A stretch of 64,000 nt of DNA from Oscillospiraceae bacterium (GTDB lineage: Bacteria > Bacillota > Clostridia > Oscillospirales > CAG-272), in NCBI GenBank assembly GCA_015063895.1, contig SVTG01000009.1, forward strand, positions 4,739 to 68,738, written 5' to 3'. Below the pieces are notes generated by a model that made no database searches, was not told where the DNA came from, and worked only from the letters and a program-made list of their open reading frames with translations. The position numbers were made by a program, and so were the translations under genes. The first letter of the stretch is position 1. Each line of letters opens with the position of its first letter. Shown here in pieces: positions 37,090 to 48,435 of the stretch.

Positions 37090-38424
37090 TTATCCTTTTT
37101 TACGGCGCAGCTTGGCAATGAAAAAGCCGTCCGTACCGTGTGTGTCGGGCGCCAACGTAAGCATACCCTTTGTCTGAATTTCCCCTACCGTGAAGGACTC
37201 GGGGGAAAACTCGGGGTGTTTTTTCAAAAAAGCCGCTACCTGCTCCTCGTTTTCGGGGGGGAGAAGCGTACAAGTAGAATACAGCAGCACGCCACCCTCG
37301 GCAACAAGCGGAGCGGCCGCCTCCAGAATAGCCGCCTGCACAGGCACAAGACCCACCGCATCGTTTATGTTTTTATAGCGAATATCGGGCTTTTTGGCAA
37401 GCACGCCAAAGCCCGAGCAGGGCACGTCACAGATCACGTGCGAAAACTCGCCCAGCACCGCTCTGTCGGCAGCGCGTGCATCGGCAGCCGCCGCAGTCAG
37501 GCTCGTAATGCCAAGCACCTCGGCACCGCGGCGAATGAGCGAAAGCTTGTTTTCATGCAGATCAAAGCTTTTCACCTCGCCCGTGTTTTGCATATCAAGT
37601 GCCGCCCCAAAGGATTTAGAGCCGGGTGCTGCGCACAGATCCAGCACTCTCGCGCCCCTTGTAGCACCGAGTGCCGCCACCGCAAGCTGCGAGGCCTCGT
37701 CCTGTACAAAGCAAAGTCCGCTCTCAAGCAGCGTATGCAACGGCGCATCGGCAGGCAAATAAACCCCATACGGGGCGTTTTTTGTCGGGAGCGACCCCGG
37801 AACGCGCACCAAAAATTCCTCGCGCGAAAGGCGTAACGTATTCACGCGCACGGTGATCGGCACGGGCACAGCAAACGCCGAGAGCAATGCTTCGGTGCGT
37901 GCCATGCCGAACAAACGGCAAAAATGTGTGGCAGTTTCAACGGGCACGGAATAGCGCACCGACAAATACGCAAACGGCTCGGTCTCACGGTCGGGATACG
38001 TGACCCTTTTGCCATTGCGACAAAAGCTGCGCAGCACAGCATTGACAAATCCCTTACTGCGACGCGGAGAAAGGGCCACCGCCTCGCTGACCGCGGCATG
38101 GTCGGGCACACGGTCAAGATAAAGCAGCTGATACAGCGCCTCGCGCAAGATCATACGCACCTGCTTTTCAATCGCGGAGGGGGCAACGGTGGCGAGCGCA
38201 TCAATGATATGATCAAGCGTGATGCGGTGCTCGATCACGCCGTAAAAAAGTGCGGTAACGAGCCCCTTATCCTTACTGTCAAGTGCCACACGTGACAGTG
38301 CTGCATCCAGCGCGCGGTCGGCATACTGCCCTGCCAGCTCGGCACGAAGCAAAATTTCAAGCGCCACGGCACGTGCCCCTTTTTGGGAGGAGCTGCCGCC
38401 CTGCGGCACCGTTGCGCGCGCCAT
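37090..38424 (-). CDS. rsmB: 16S rRNA m5C967 methyltransferase
   Basis: NusB-like N-domain; QDEASQ, DLCAAPG, DVPCSG, YSTCT. Confidence 0.93.
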   Translation of the reverse strand: MARATVPQGGSSSQKGARAVALEILLRAELAGQYADRALDAALSRVALDSKDKGLVTALFYGVIEHRITLDHIIDALATVAPSAIEKQVRMILREALYQLLYLDRVPDHAAVSEAVALSPRRSKGFVNAVLRSFCRNGKRVTYPDRETEPFAYLSVRYSVPVETATHFCRLFGMARTEALLSAFAVPVPITVRVNTLRLSREEFLVRVPGSLPTKNAPYGVYLPADAPLHTLLESGLCFVQDEASQLAVAALGATRGARVLDLCAAPGSKSFGAALDMQNTGEVKSFDLHENKLSLIRRGAEVLGITSLTAAAADARAADRAVLGEFSHVICDVPCSGFGVLAKKPDIRYKNINDAVGLVPVQAAILEAAAPLVAEGGVLLYSTCTLLPPENEEQVAAFLKKHPEFSPESFTVGEIQTKGMLTLAPDTHGTDGFFIAKLRRKKG

Positions 38425-39140
38425 CAGCGGCGGCGGGAATGGCTACCCGCGATCAACACAAGGCGCAAAATGCTCAAAAGCCCCACGGCAAGTGCGGCAA
38501 CGTAGGTCATTGCCGCTGCGCTCAGCACTCGGCGCGAGCCGCGCAGCTCCTCATCACTCATCGTACCCGACGAAGCAAGGCAGCGCATCGCGCGTCGGCT
38601 GGCGTTGAATTCCACAGGTAGCGTCACGAGCTGAAAGACCACCGCCAGAGAATATGCGGCAATTCCGAGGAACATCAGCCACTCACCCATCAAAGGGGCA
38701 GTATATGCAAAAATAAGACCGATAAAAAACAAGGGCATCGCGAGCTGAGAGCCGATATTGCAGACCGGCACCAACGCCATACGCAGCCATAGCGGCGCAT
38801 ACCTTTTCTTATGCTGCAGCGCGTGCCCCGCCTCGTGGGCGGCAACACCGACAGCCGCCACGTTGTTGCCGTGATATACGGCAGCAGACAGGCGCAATAC
38901 CCTGGCACGGGGATCGTAATGGTCACTGAGCTCTCCCTCTACCGTTTCTATCGTAACGTCGGATAAGCCATTGCTGTCAAGAATACGGCGCGCTACGTTC
39001 CCCCCCGTCATTACGGGACGGAGCAGCAGCGAGGCACCCGTACGGTAAGCGGATTTCACGCGCATTTGTGCCCACATAGCCAGCAAAAAGCCGGGCAACA
39101 CGATCAGAAGCGTCCAATCCCACCAAAAAAATCCAAACAT
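38424..39140 (-). CDS. Zinc metallopeptidase (YugP-like)
   Basis: LSDHYDP, AAHEAGHALQ, TLPVEFNASRRA. Confidence 0.88.
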   Translation of the reverse strand: MFGFFWWDWTLLIVLPGFLLAMWAQMRVKSAYRTGASLLLRPVMTGGNVARRILDSNGLSDVTIETVEGELSDHYDPRARVLRLSAAVYHGNNVAAVGVAAHEAGHALQHKKRYAPLWLRMALVPVCNIGSQLAMPLFFIGLIFAYTAPLMGEWLMFLGIAAYSLAVVFQLVTLPVEFNASRRAMRCLASSGTMSDEELRGSRRVLSAAAMTYVAALAVGLLSILRLVLIAGSHSRRR

Positions 39141-39154
39141 AGGCCATTCCTTTC

Positions 39155-40084
39155 TTACTTCAATATATCACCGATGGCAATGCGGCGACCGCGAATATAA
39201 TCAGCGGCGTTCATACGCCCCTTGCCCTCGGGCAGCACGCGCGTAAAAAGCACACTGCCATGCCCGCAAGCCACCTCAATGGCGCCGTCAAGCGAAAGCA
39301 CCGTGCCGGGCGCGGCCTTTACATCGGCACGCCCCGGGCGGCTTTCTATTATTTTTAACAGCTTACCGTCGGGTGTATGCGTAAAGGAAAGCGGAATCGG
39401 AGAAAGCCCGCGCACGGTGTTGTGCACCGCACAGGCATCAAGGGTGAAATCAAGCAGACAGTCGGCCTTTTCGATTTTCGCGGCATAGGTGGCCTTCGCA
39501 TGATCCTGTGCGACAGGTGTCAGCCGCCCCTCCCCGAGGCCCTGCAGCGTGCGGAGCAGCAACGCGGCCCCCGCCTCACCAAGCTTGTCGTGCATATCCT
39601 CAAAATTATCATTTTCACCGATCGGCACGATCACGCTCTCCAGCATATCGCCCGTGTCAAGCCCCTCGTTCATCAGCATCGTGGTAATACCCGTCTGCGC
39701 ACAGCCCTCCATAATGGCACGCTGCATGGGCGCGGCACCCCGATACTGCGGTAAAAGCGACCCGTGTACGTTCACACACCCAAGTCGCGGAGCGTTCAGC
39801 ACAGACGGGGGCAGGATCTTACCGTAGGCCACCACCACGATCACGTCGGGGGCAAGTGCCGCCAACTCAGCATCAAAGGCACCGTTTTTAAGGGTAGTGG
39901 GCTGAAATACGGGGATATTATTTTCAAGCGCATAAACCTTAACAGGGGGCGGCTGCAGCTCGTAGCCACGCCCCTTCGGCTTATCGGGCTGGGTGACGAC
40001 ACCCACGACCTCGGCGCCGCTTTGCACCAATGCCCGCAGTGAAAAAAGGGCAAAATCGGGCGTGCCCATAAATAAAACGCGCAT
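39155..40084 (-). CDS. fmt: Methionyl-tRNA formyltransferase
   Basis: FMGTPDF, TQPDKP, NVHGSLLP..RGAAP, GLDTGD. Confidence 0.95.
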   Translation of the reverse strand: MRVLFMGTPDFALFSLRALVQSGAEVVGVVTQPDKPKGRGYELQPPPVKVYALENNIPVFQPTTLKNGAFDAELAALAPDVIVVVAYGKILPPSVLNAPRLGCVNVHGSLLPQYRGAAPMQRAIMEGCAQTGITTMLMNEGLDTGDMLESVIVPIGENDNFEDMHDKLGEAGAALLLRTLQGLGEGRLTPVAQDHAKATYAAKIEKADCLLDFTLDACAVHNTVRGLSPIPLSFTHTPDGKLLKIIESRPGRADVKAAPGTVLSLDGAIEVACGHGSVLFTRVLPEGKGRMNAADYIRGRRIAIGDILK

Positions 40085-40548
40085 CAGTATTCGTCCTCAT
40101 CAAGCATACGGGTCACCTTATCAATGTAAAGATGCCCGTCAAGGTGATCGATCTCATGGCAAAAGGCGCGGGCAAGAAAATCGTGGGCAGTCACCTCAAA
40201 TTCCTCACCGTGGCGGTTGGTGGCGCGCACCGTGACGTGCTGCGGACGCTTCACAAGACCGTAACGGCCCGGCACAGACAAGCACCCCTCCGCCCCCTCC
40301 TGCTCGCCGGCTTTGGCAATGATCTTGGGGTTGATCAGCTCATAGACCTCCCCCTCCTCGACCTCTACCACGGCAATGCGGCGCAATATACCCACCTGCG
40401 GCGCGGCAAGGCCCACACCGTTGGCGGCATGCATCGTATCGATCATATCGTCAAGCAGCGTCAAAATACGCGGCGTAATTTCTTCTACGGGACGGCAGGT
40501 CTTACGCAGTACCTCGTCGCCCACCTTGCGAATTTGTAATTTTGCCAT
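40084..40548 (-). CDS. def: Peptide deformylase
   Basis: GVGLAAPQ, EGCLS, HEIDHLDG. Confidence 0.95.
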   Translation of the reverse strand: MAKLQIRKVGDEVLRKTCRPVEEITPRILTLLDDMIDTMHAANGVGLAAPQVGILRRIAVVEVEEGEVYELINPKIIAKAGEQEGAEGCLSVPGRYGLVKRPQHVTVRATNRHGEEFEVTAHDFLARAFCHEIDHLDGHLYIDKVTRMLDEDEY

Positions 40549-40558
40549 TGTTTTCTCC

Positions 40559-43036
40559 TTATAAAGCAGATGGATTAAAATCAACCGTGAGTAACGGCGT
40601 GTGCGGCTTTTGCCTGCCAAAGGCATCAAGCAATGCGCCAAACATAGCACGCGTGCGGCGGTTGAGGGCACATTTGATGACCATACGCATACGGTATTTA
40701 CCGTCCGCGCGGTAAACGGGTGCCTCAAACGGGCCAAAGGCAATGAGCTTGACGTCGTGATAGTCTGCCGCCAACAGCTTGGCAAGCTCCTCCGAGAGTG
40801 CGCGCGCGGCAGGCATCAGCTGATGCTCGCTGGTGTGTGAAAGGGTGAGCAATGCAATGTCGCAAAAGGGCGGAAACACCAGCGCACGGCGCAAACGGAT
40901 CTCACGCTCGTAAAAGGACTCGTAATCCTGGCTGCACGCCAGCCTGATGACCTCGTGGTCGGGATTATTCGTCTGAATCAGCGCAACGCCTCGCTTCCCT
41001 GCACGTCCTGCGCGGCCAATGACCTGCGTGAGCATAGAGAAGGTGCGCTCGGCGGCACGGTAATCGTCAAGATAAAGCGACGCGTCAGCCATCAGTACAC
41101 CGACCAACGTGACCCCGGGGAAATCGTGCCCCTTCGTCACCATTTGCGTACCGAGCAGCACGTCGGCCTCACGGCGGCGGAAGGCGCCGAGCATTTCATC
41201 ATAGGAAAAGCGTGTTCCCGTTGTATCGGTATCCATGCGCAGCACGCGCTGATCGGGCAACAGGCTTGCCAGCTCCTGCTCCACACGTTGCGTGCCGTAC
41301 CCGATACGTGCAAGATGAGGCGAGCCGCAGGACGGGCAGGTCGCAGGCAGCGGCCTTCTTCTGCCGCAAAAATGACAAAGCAGATATCCCTCGTCATATT
41401 GCCCCTTATGGGTGTGGTAGGTCAGCGTCACGCTGCACGACGGGCAGGTCAATGCCTCGCCGCACGAGCGACAGGACACCACGTGATTATAGCCGCGTCG
41501 GTTCAAAAATAAAATAGACTGATTGCCGTCCTTGGCGTTTGCCTGCAGACTTTCACGCAGACGCGCACCGATGGGCGAAAGATTTCCCTGTCCTGCTTCA
41601 CCACGCATATCGGCAATTTCCACAGTAGGCAGCACCGCCCCCGCGTGGCGCTTTTTCAGCTGCAAGAGCGTATAACGCCCCTCCTTAGCCTTCTTATAGC
41701 TTTCAAGTGAAGGCGTTGCCGAGCACAAAAGAAGCGTAGCGCGGTTATAAGCACAGCGCCAGCGCGCGACGTCGCGCGCGTGGTACTTGGGGTTCATATC
41801 TGATTTATAGGTATGCTCATGCTCCTCGTCGATGACGATAAGCCCGAGATTTTTCACAGGTGCAAAGACCGCGGAGCGTGTGCCGACTACCACGTCGGCC
41901 TCACCTGACAGCACACGGTGGTAGGTATCAAGGCGCTCGCCCGCGCTAAGCCCCGAGTGCATCACGGCCACACGCTGCCCATAGCGTGAGCAAAAGATAG
42001 CCAGCGTCTGCGGCGTCAGTGCGATCTCTGGCAGCAGCACGATCACGCCCTTTTCCCGCTCAAGCATACGGTCAATGGTTTTGAGCATCATCGGCGTCTT
42101 GCCGCTGCCCGTAATGCCGTGCAGTAAGATAGCATGCGCTTGTCCGTCGTCCGTCAGTCTTTCAATTTCGCCAAAGACACCCGCCTGCTCCTCGTTCAAT
42201 ACAAAATCGCGCGGCAGAGCATTTCCTTCGGGTACGGCAGTATACGGATTGCGCCACACGCGCGTGGCACGCTCGCTGACCAATCCTTTTTCAACCAGTG
42301 CGTCAGTCACAGCCTTGCCGATGCCTGCCTCGCGCAGAGCCTCGGCCGACATTTCGCCGCCGAGCAGCAGGGTCAGCGCCTCGCGTTGACGCTCGCCCAG
42401 ACGCAATGCCTTCTTTTCACCCGACAGCAATGCCTTCACATCGGCTTCGGGCAATGCCAGCGCATAGCTTTTTTGCTCCTTCTCACCCATGGCGTGCTTT
42501 TGCGTCAGCTCAAGGGCGAGATACCCCGCGCGCACCAGCTTTTTCAGACACGGGTCGGTCAGCGGACCGAAGCGTGCCTGCAAGCTATCCAGGCGCACAG
42601 GCCCCACACGGCGCACGTGCGCCAGCAAAAATGCCTCATCGGTAGAAAGCTTTGTCATATCGCTCGGCAACACGCCCGTTGCGCGGTAGCTTTCGACAAG
42701 TCCCGCCAGTGCCCCCGTGGGGATCATCGCGTGCACGGCATCACCCGTGGCGCAAAGCGTGGTCTCCCGCAAAAAAACGACAAGCCCCTGCATTTCCTCA
42801 GACAGTGAAATGCGGGGCGTGGTCACCGATAAGATCGGCTTTACGGCATCGCAATCGCTGGTGGGCAACACCTCTGTCACCAGCCCCATGTGACGGCGAT
42901 TTCCACCCCCGAACGGAACGGTAACAAAGCCGCCCGCCTTTACCTCCTCGGATAAATGCGCGGGGATACCGTAAGTATAGTCTTTGTCAAGAAAGTGGGG
43001 GGCATCCAGCAATCTGACCTTGGCAAAAAGCGACAT
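40559..43036 (-). CDS. priA: Primosomal protein N'
   Basis: GITGSGKT, PEIALT, DEEH, SATP, four CxxC, QVIGRAGR. Confidence 0.95.
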   Translation of the reverse strand: MSLFAKVRLLDAPHFLDKDYTYGIPAHLSEEVKAGGFVTVPFGGGNRRHMGLVTEVLPTSDCDAVKPILSVTTPRISLSEEMQGLVVFLRETTLCATGDAVHAMIPTGALAGLVESYRATGVLPSDMTKLSTDEAFLLAHVRRVGPVRLDSLQARFGPLTDPCLKKLVRAGYLALELTQKHAMGEKEQKSYALALPEADVKALLSGEKKALRLGERQREALTLLLGGEMSAEALREAGIGKAVTDALVEKGLVSERATRVWRNPYTAVPEGNALPRDFVLNEEQAGVFGEIERLTDDGQAHAILLHGITGSGKTPMMLKTIDRMLEREKGVIVLLPEIALTPQTLAIFCSRYGQRVAVMHSGLSAGERLDTYHRVLSGEADVVVGTRSAVFAPVKNLGLIVIDEEHEHTYKSDMNPKYHARDVARWRCAYNRATLLLCSATPSLESYKKAKEGRYTLLQLKKRHAGAVLPTVEIADMRGEAGQGNLSPIGARLRESLQANAKDGNQSILFLNRRGYNHVVSCRSCGEALTCPSCSVTLTYHTHKGQYDEGYLLCHFCGRRRPLPATCPSCGSPHLARIGYGTQRVEQELASLLPDQRVLRMDTDTTGTRFSYDEMLGAFRRREADVLLGTQMVTKGHDFPGVTLVGVLMADASLYLDDYRAAERTFSMLTQVIGRAGRAGKRGVALIQTNNPDHEVIRLACSQDYESFYEREIRLRRALVFPPFCDIALLTLSHTSEHQLMPAARALSEELAKLLAADYHDVKLIAFGPFEAPVYRADGKYRMRMVIKCALNRRTRAMFGALLDAFGRQKPHTPLLTVDFNPSAL

Positions 43037-43068
43037 ACTGCCCCCTCCTTTCCAAAATATGAAAGAGC

Positions 43069-43371
43069 TTAGTCAGCTTCGTTTTCCTCTTCTTCCTCTA
43101 CGGCAGCCTCGGGCGCATCAACGATGCGATACTCGCCGTCGTGAATGCTGTCAATGGCGTTCTTGACTGCCTTTTTGTCAGCCAGACGCTGGTCAATGAG
43201 CGACACGATGTTGCCACTGCCCTCCTTGCTGCCCGTCAGCGTTGCCTCGGCAGCGGAGCGCTGTCTGACGTATTCATCGGTGATCAGACGTGCACACTTC
43301 GCCGTAGCAATGGCCAGCTCGTAGCGGTTAAAATTGCCCTTTGTCAATTGGTCAATCGTGGGATAAATCAT
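43069..43371 (-). CDS. rpoZ: RNA polymerase omega subunit
   Basis: MIYPTIDQL..NRYELAIATAKCAR..KAVKNA; synteny between gmk and priA. Confidence 0.75.
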   Translation of the reverse strand: MIYPTIDQLTKGNFNRYELAIATAKCARLITDEYVRQRSAAEATLTGSKEGSGNIVSLIDQRLADKKAVKNAIDSIHDGEYRIVDAPEAAVEEEEENEAD

Positions 43372-43395
43372 TTCTATTCTCCTTACAAATGTGTA

Positions 43396-44016
43396 TTATG
43401 TTTCAAAATAGGTTTTACCCGCCTCGGTGTTGCGGGAAAGTGCACGGGCCTCGGCACGCACGATCGCGCGGATATCCGCCACCGCCTCGTCAATGCCGTT
43501 GTCATAGTTATACACCACGTAGTCGTAATCGCTGATATAGGTCAGCTCCTCGCGTGTGCGCGCAAGGCGCTGCTTGATCTTTTCCTCGGTTTCGGTACCG
43601 CGACCGCGAAGTCTTGCCTCCTGCACAGCAAACGAAGGGGGTAACAGCATGATCAGCACAGCCTCGGGATATTTTTTCTTGATCTGCGCGGCACCCGCCA
43701 CCTCAATTTCAAGCAAGAGGTTGCAGCCGCTGTCAAGCACGGCATAGGCCTCCTTTTTCGGCGTGCCGTAAAAGTTGCCGCAATACTCGGCGTGCTCCAG
43801 CATTTCGTCCGCAGCAATGCGGCGGCGAAATTCGGCCTCGGTCAAAAAGTGATAATTCACACCGTCCACCTCACCGGGGCGCGGCGCACGTGTGGTGGCC
43901 GATACAGAATAGCGGTAGTTATCCTCGGCAAGCAGACGGGAAAGCACCGTTCCCTTGCCGCTGCCCGCGGGCCCCGACACCACGATCAGAAGCCCTCTTT
44001 TATCAGCGCAGCTCAT
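43396..44016 (-). CDS. gmk: Guanylate kinase
   Basis: [31 protein letters not shown]. Confidence 0.95.
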   Translation of the reverse strand: MSCADKRGLLIVVSGPAGSGKGTVLSRLLAEDNYRYSVSATTRAPRPGEVDGVNYHFLTEAEFRRRIAADEMLEHAEYCGNFYGTPKKEAYAVLDSGCNLLLEIEVAGAAQIKKKYPEAVLIMLLPPSFAVQEARLRGRGTETEEKIKQRLARTREELTYISDYDYVVYNYDNGIDEAVADIRAIVRAEARALSRNTEAGKTYFET

Positions 44017-44285
44017 TCCTCCTCGCCGCCTTCCTCATCGTCGCCAATGGTCTCGTCAAGCAGACGGTTGGCAATGGTCTCAGCCTGAATGGCAGAAAGG
44101 ATCACGTGCTCGCTATCGGTGATGATCACGGCACGTGTGCGGCGCCCACAGGTGACGTCGATGGTGCGTCCTTCGTCCTTGGCGTCCTGGATCAGGCGTT
44201 TAACGGGTGCGGAATCGGGGCTGACAAGCGCCACCATACGGTTGGCCGCAACCATATTACCAAAGCCGATGTTGATAAATTTCAT
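44013..44285 (-). CDS. remA: RemA/DUF370 family regulator
   Basis: [31 protein letters not shown]. Confidence 0.9.
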   Translation of the reverse strand: MKFINIGFGNMVAANRMVALVSPDSAPVKRLIQDAKDEGRTIDVTCGRRTRAVIITDSEHVILSAIQAETIANRLLDETIGDDEEGGEEE

Positions 44286-44533
44286 GTTCGTTTTCCTTCC
44301 GTGCGTGATATTTATACAGCATATATTATAATACAATTTAAATGCTTTGTCAATCAAACTTTAAAAAAACTTTATTTTTTCAGGTCAAAAAATTCAGTTT
44401 AGAGGCACGAATCAACATTTTACAAAAAAATTACAAAAACCTCTTGCAAAGTGATCTAAAATAAGGTAAAATAAGACCAATCATGGCTTTGCCTATGTAG
44501 CAATCTAAATACACTATACTTCGGAGGTATAAA

Positions 44534-45094
44534 ATGGTAGTAGCAGGCGATTTTAAAAATGGCGTTACCTTTGACGACGGTCAGGGCAACGTATTGCAGG
44601 TAGTAGAGTTTCAGCACGTAAAGCCCGGCAAGGGTGCCGCCTTCGTGCGCACCAAGCTGAAGAACGTTATCACCGGTGCGGTGATTGAAAAGACCTTCAA
44701 CCCCACCGATAAGTTCGAAAACGCTTATATTGAGCGCAAGGAAATGCAGTATTCCTACAGCGACGGCGACCTTTACTATTTTATGGATATGGAAACCTTT
44801 GATATGATGCCCCTCAACAGCGACAAGCTGCCCGACAGCTTTAAGTTTGTAAAAGAGGAAATGCTTTGCAAGATCATTTCCTACAAGGGCAACGTATTTG
44901 GCGTTGAGCCCCCCACGTTTGTTGAGCTGGCTGTGGCCAAGACCGACCCCGGCTTTGCCGGCAACACCGCCACCAACACCCTCAAGCCCGCAACGCTTGA
45001 GACCGGTGCCGAGATCAAGGTACCGCTCTTCATCAACGAGGGTGACGTGCTGAAGATCGACACCCGTACGGGCGAATATCTCTCCCGCGCTTGA
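44534..45094 (+). CDS. efp: Elongation factor P
   Basis: [32 protein letters not shown]. Confidence 0.96.
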   Translation: MVVAGDFKNGVTFDDGQGNVLQVVEFQHVKPGKGAAFVRTKLKNVITGAVIEKTFNPTDKFENAYIERKEMQYSYSDGDLYYFMDMETFDMMPLNSDKLPDSFKFVKEEMLCKIISYKGNVFGVEPPTFVELAVAKTDPGFAGNTATNTLKPATLETGAEIKVPLFINEGDVLKIDTRTGEYLSRA

Positions 45095-45113
45095 TCCTTT
45101 CAAAAGGAGGCTT

Positions 45114-45530
45114 ATGATGATGAATTTAACCGAAAAGGCTGCTTACCTCAAGGGTCTTGCCGACGGTCTTGACCTTGCAAAGGACACCAAGGAGGGCAAG
45201 CTGATCGCTGCACTGATCGACATGGTCGATGCTCTTGCCGCTAAGGTTGACGAGCTTGATTGCGACGTCGAGGAGCTCAACGACTACTGCGAGGAGCTTG
45301 ATGAGGATCTGCACGACGTAGAGGAGGTTCTGCTTGACGAGTACGACGACGAGTGCGACGGCTACTGCGACGAGTGCGAGCTGGCTGATGAGTGTGAGCT
45401 GTGCGAGGATACCTACGAGGTAGAGTGCCCCGCCTGCGGTGAAAAGGTCTGCTTTGACGAGGACGTAGATCCTACCGACCTTGCCTGCCCCGCTTGCGGC
45501 GAAAAGCTGCTGGAAGGCGACGAGGAATAA
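45114..45530 (+). CDS. CD1247-like acidic zinc-ribbon protein
   Basis: AYLKGLADGL N-terminus, two CPACG motifs; follows efp. Confidence 0.7.
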   Translation: MMMNLTEKAAYLKGLADGLDLAKDTKEGKLIAALIDMVDALAAKVDELDCDVEELNDYCEELDEDLHDVEEVLLDEYDDECDGYCDECELADECELCEDTYEVECPACGEKVCFDEDVDPTDLACPACGEKLLEGDEE

Positions 45531-45593
45531 CATTTCACCCCACGAGCCATTTGTTCGTGGGGTGTTTTTTCAGTTACTATAACGGAGTTCAAC

Positions 45594-47399
45594 ATGAAAA
45601 CGCAATTTAAAATTGAGGAACAAAAGCACAAGGCTGACCTTTGCATCATCGGCGGCGGACTTTCCGGCACGATCGCGGCGCTGACCGCTGCGCGCAAGGG
45701 TGCAAAGGTGGTTTTGATACAGGATCGCCCGGTGCTGGGCGGTAACTGCTCGTCCGAGATCCGCATGTGGGTGCGCGGTGCCAAGGGAAAATACGACCGC
45801 GAAACGGGCGTTCTTGCTGAATTTGAAGAGGAGCATATTTATCGCAATCCGACCTTGGCCCCCACGCTGTGGGACAGCGTTTTGTTTGGCAAGGTCAAGG
45901 CCGAGAAAAATATCACGCTGCTGCTGAACTGCTCCTGTATGGAGGCTGAGGCTACCGACACGCGCATCACCGCGATACGCGCCTGGCAGCTGACCACCTA
46001 CACCCGCCACACGGTTGAGGCAAGCTATTTTGCCGATTGCTCAGGCGACGGTATCCTTGCATTTCTGACCCCGGCGAAGGCCCGCCACGGACGGGAGGAC
46101 AAGGCCGAAACAGGCGAAACCATAGCCAAGGAACGCTCCGATGCTTGCACAATGGGTATGAGCCTTTTGGTACAGGCACGAGAGACCGATGCACCCGTTC
46201 CCTTCACGCCCCCCGAATGGGCCTACGTATACGAAACCGACGCCGACTTTGCCGTTTTACCCGGCGCTGACGTCAAATACAGCACCTTCCGTGACCACAA
46301 GATCGGCACCAGCGGCTGCAACCTCTGGTGGATCGAGCTGGGCGGCGATCGCGACAGCCTGCACGACGCCGAGGAAATGCGTGACGAGCTGTTAAAGATC
46401 GCCTTTGGCATTTGGGATCATATCAAAAACCGCGGGGACCACGGCTTTGCCAACTGGGAGCTGGAATGGGTCGGCTTTTTGCCGGGCAAGCGTGAATCAA
46501 CACGCTTCGAGGGCGCGCATATGCTTACCCAACAGGAGATCGAGGCGGGCGGCTGCTTTGCCGACGTCATCGCCTACGGCGGCTGGCCGATGGACGACCA
46601 CAATCCCAAGGGCTTTTATGCCAACACCGCAACCGACACCCCCTCCATTCTCCATCCCGCCCCCTCCCCTTACGGCATTCCTTATGGCGTGCTTTATTCC
46701 AAAAATATAGAAAACCTCTTTTTTGCCGGGCGCAATATCAGCGCCACACACGCGGCAATGAGCTCTACCCGTGTAATGGGCACCTGCTCCCTTCTGGGGC
46801 AGGCGTTGGGCAACGCCGCCGCCATTTGCGTGCGCGAGGGCATTTTACCCCGTGACGTGGCCACCTCCTTCATCGACGAATTGCAGCAGGCCCAGCTGGA
46901 CGACGGCATCTTCCTGCCCGGCGTTCCTCGCAGGATCCCCGCGCTTACCAAAAAGGCCAAAACCAATCTTACCGCCGAGCAAGCGGCACTGCTTTTCAAC
47001 GGTATAGAACGCCCCCGCAGCGACGAGGAGCAAAATATGCTGGTGTTGCCCATGGGTGCCAAGGTGGAATTCACACTGGAGCGCCCCGAGGAGATCCAAG
47101 CCCTGCGTTTACTCTTTGACCGTGACTACTCACGCCAAAGCATCACCCCCAACCGTAAAATGCAGATCTTTACACAAAAGCTGAACGTGGGGCGCGATTT
47201 CGTACCCGCAAAGGTGCCCGCTACGCTTGTCAAGGCATTCCGCGTGTGGCTGGACGGACGCCTCTTTTACGAAACGGACAATAACTACTATTCTCTCATC
47301 AAGCTTCCCATCCACACCGCCGCTAGGACCGCAACGGTTGAATTTCTTGAAACCTGGGGTGCTGAGGACGTGCACCTGTTTGCCTGCGATATCAGATAA
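45594..47399 (+). CDS. FAD-dependent oxidoreductase (FAD_oxidored family)
   Basis: IGGGLSG, DRPVLGGN, DCSGDG, KRESTR, NLFFAGR, STRVMGT. Confidence 0.85.
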   Translation: MKTQFKIEEQKHKADLCIIGGGLSGTIAALTAARKGAKVVLIQDRPVLGGNCSSEIRMWVRGAKGKYDRETGVLAEFEEEHIYRNPTLAPTLWDSVLFGKVKAEKNITLLLNCSCMEAEATDTRITAIRAWQLTTYTRHTVEASYFADCSGDGILAFLTPAKARHGREDKAETGETIAKERSDACTMGMSLLVQARETDAPVPFTPPEWAYVYETDADFAVLPGADVKYSTFRDHKIGTSGCNLWWIELGGDRDSLHDAEEMRDELLKIAFGIWDHIKNRGDHGFANWELEWVGFLPGKRESTRFEGAHMLTQQEIEAGGCFADVIAYGGWPMDDHNPKGFYANTATDTPSILHPAPSPYGIPYGVLYSKNIENLFFAGRNISATHAAMSSTRVMGTCSLLGQALGNAAAICVREGILPRDVATSFIDELQQAQLDDGIFLPGVPRRIPALTKKAKTNLTAEQAALLFNGIERPRSDEEQNMLVLPMGAKVEFTLERPEEIQALRLLFDRDYSRQSITPNRKMQIFTQKLNVGRDFVPAKVPATLVKAFRVWLDGRLFYETDNNYYSLIKLPIHTAARTATVEFLETWGAEDVHLFACDIR

Positions 47400-47436
47400 T
47401 GCATCACTGTTTTTTAGAAAAGTTTTAAAAAATATC

Positions 47437-47486
47437 TTGACAAACACCTCCTGCTCTGCTATACTATTTTTAGAATAATTCTAAAA
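47437..47486 (+). promoter_or_regulatory. SigA promoter with adjacent Per/Fur box
   Basis: TTGACA-N17-TATACT; perfect 7-1-7 palindrome TTAGAAT-A-ATTCTAA (47470-47484). Confidence 0.75.
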
Positions 47487-47497
47487 GGAGGTGACGT

Positions 47498-47881
47498 ATG
47501 GTTCCAAAACGTGCCGCAGTATTGCAGGTTCTGCAGGATTCCGAAGGGCATTTACAGGCCGATGAGATCTTTCAGCGTGTCAAGGCCTATTATCCCCATA
47601 TGGTGCTGGCCACCGTATATAACAATCTGCACGCCCTCAGCGAGGAGGGCTATATCCGCCACGTAAAAACCGCCGCAGGCGCCGATTTTTACGACAAGAC
47701 GACAACACCGCACGAGCACGCGCTTTGTACGGTTTGCGGCAAATTGATCGATGCCGACCTCGGCAGGCTCGGGGACGTGGGCGAGCTTTTACGCAAAAAC
47801 GCCTCGGTTCCCATTCTATCCTATGACCTTATTTTACACACCGTTTGCCAGGATTGCGCAAACGGCAACAAACAATCATAA
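47498..47881 (+). CDS. perR: Fur-family regulator (PerR-like)
   Basis: [29 protein letters not shown]; upstream of rubrerythrin. Confidence 0.75.
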   Translation: MVPKRAAVLQVLQDSEGHLQADEIFQRVKAYYPHMVLATVYNNLHALSEEGYIRHVKTAAGADFYDKTTTPHEHALCTVCGKLIDADLGRLGDVGELLRKNASVPILSYDLILHTVCQDCANGNKQS

Positions 47882-47895
47882 AGGAGATTTTAATT

Positions 47896-48435
47896 ATGAG
47901 CAAAGAATTGAAGGGCACAAAAACCGAACAAAATCTGTTAGCCGCTTTTGCGGGCGAGAGCCAGGCACGCAACAAATACACTTATTTTGCCAGCGTTGCA
48001 AAAAAAGAAGGCTACGAGCAGATCAGCGCCATCTTTACCAAGACGGCCGACAACGAAAAAGAGCACGCCAAAATGTGGTTCAAGCTTCTGGGTGAGCTTG
48101 GCAACACCGCCGAAAATCTGGCTGCCGCCGCTGCAGGCGAAAACTACGAATGGACCGATATGTATGCCACCTTTGCAGACGAGGCTGAGGCTGAGGGCTT
48201 TACTGAGATCGCAGCAAAATTCCGCGCCGTTGCCGCTATTGAAAAGACACATGAGGAGCGTTACCGCGCCCTGCTCAAAAACGTAGAGATGCAGGCAGTA
48301 TTTGCCAAGAGTGAGGAAACAATGTGGGAGTGCCGCAACTGCGGTCATCTCGTGATGGGTAAAAAAGCCCCCGAGGTTTGCCCTGTTTGCGTACATCCGC
48401 AGAGCTTCTTTGAGGTTCGTGCCGAAAACTACTGA
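47896..48435 (+). CDS. rbr: Rubrerythrin
   Basis: [36 protein letters not shown]. Confidence 0.93.
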   Translation: MSKELKGTKTEQNLLAAFAGESQARNKYTYFASVAKKEGYEQISAIFTKTADNEKEHAKMWFKLLGELGNTAENLAAAAAGENYEWTDMYATFADEAEAEGFTEIAAKFRAVAAIEKTHEERYRALLKNVEMQAVFAKSEETMWECRNCGHLVMGKKAPEVCPVCVHPQSFFEVRAENY

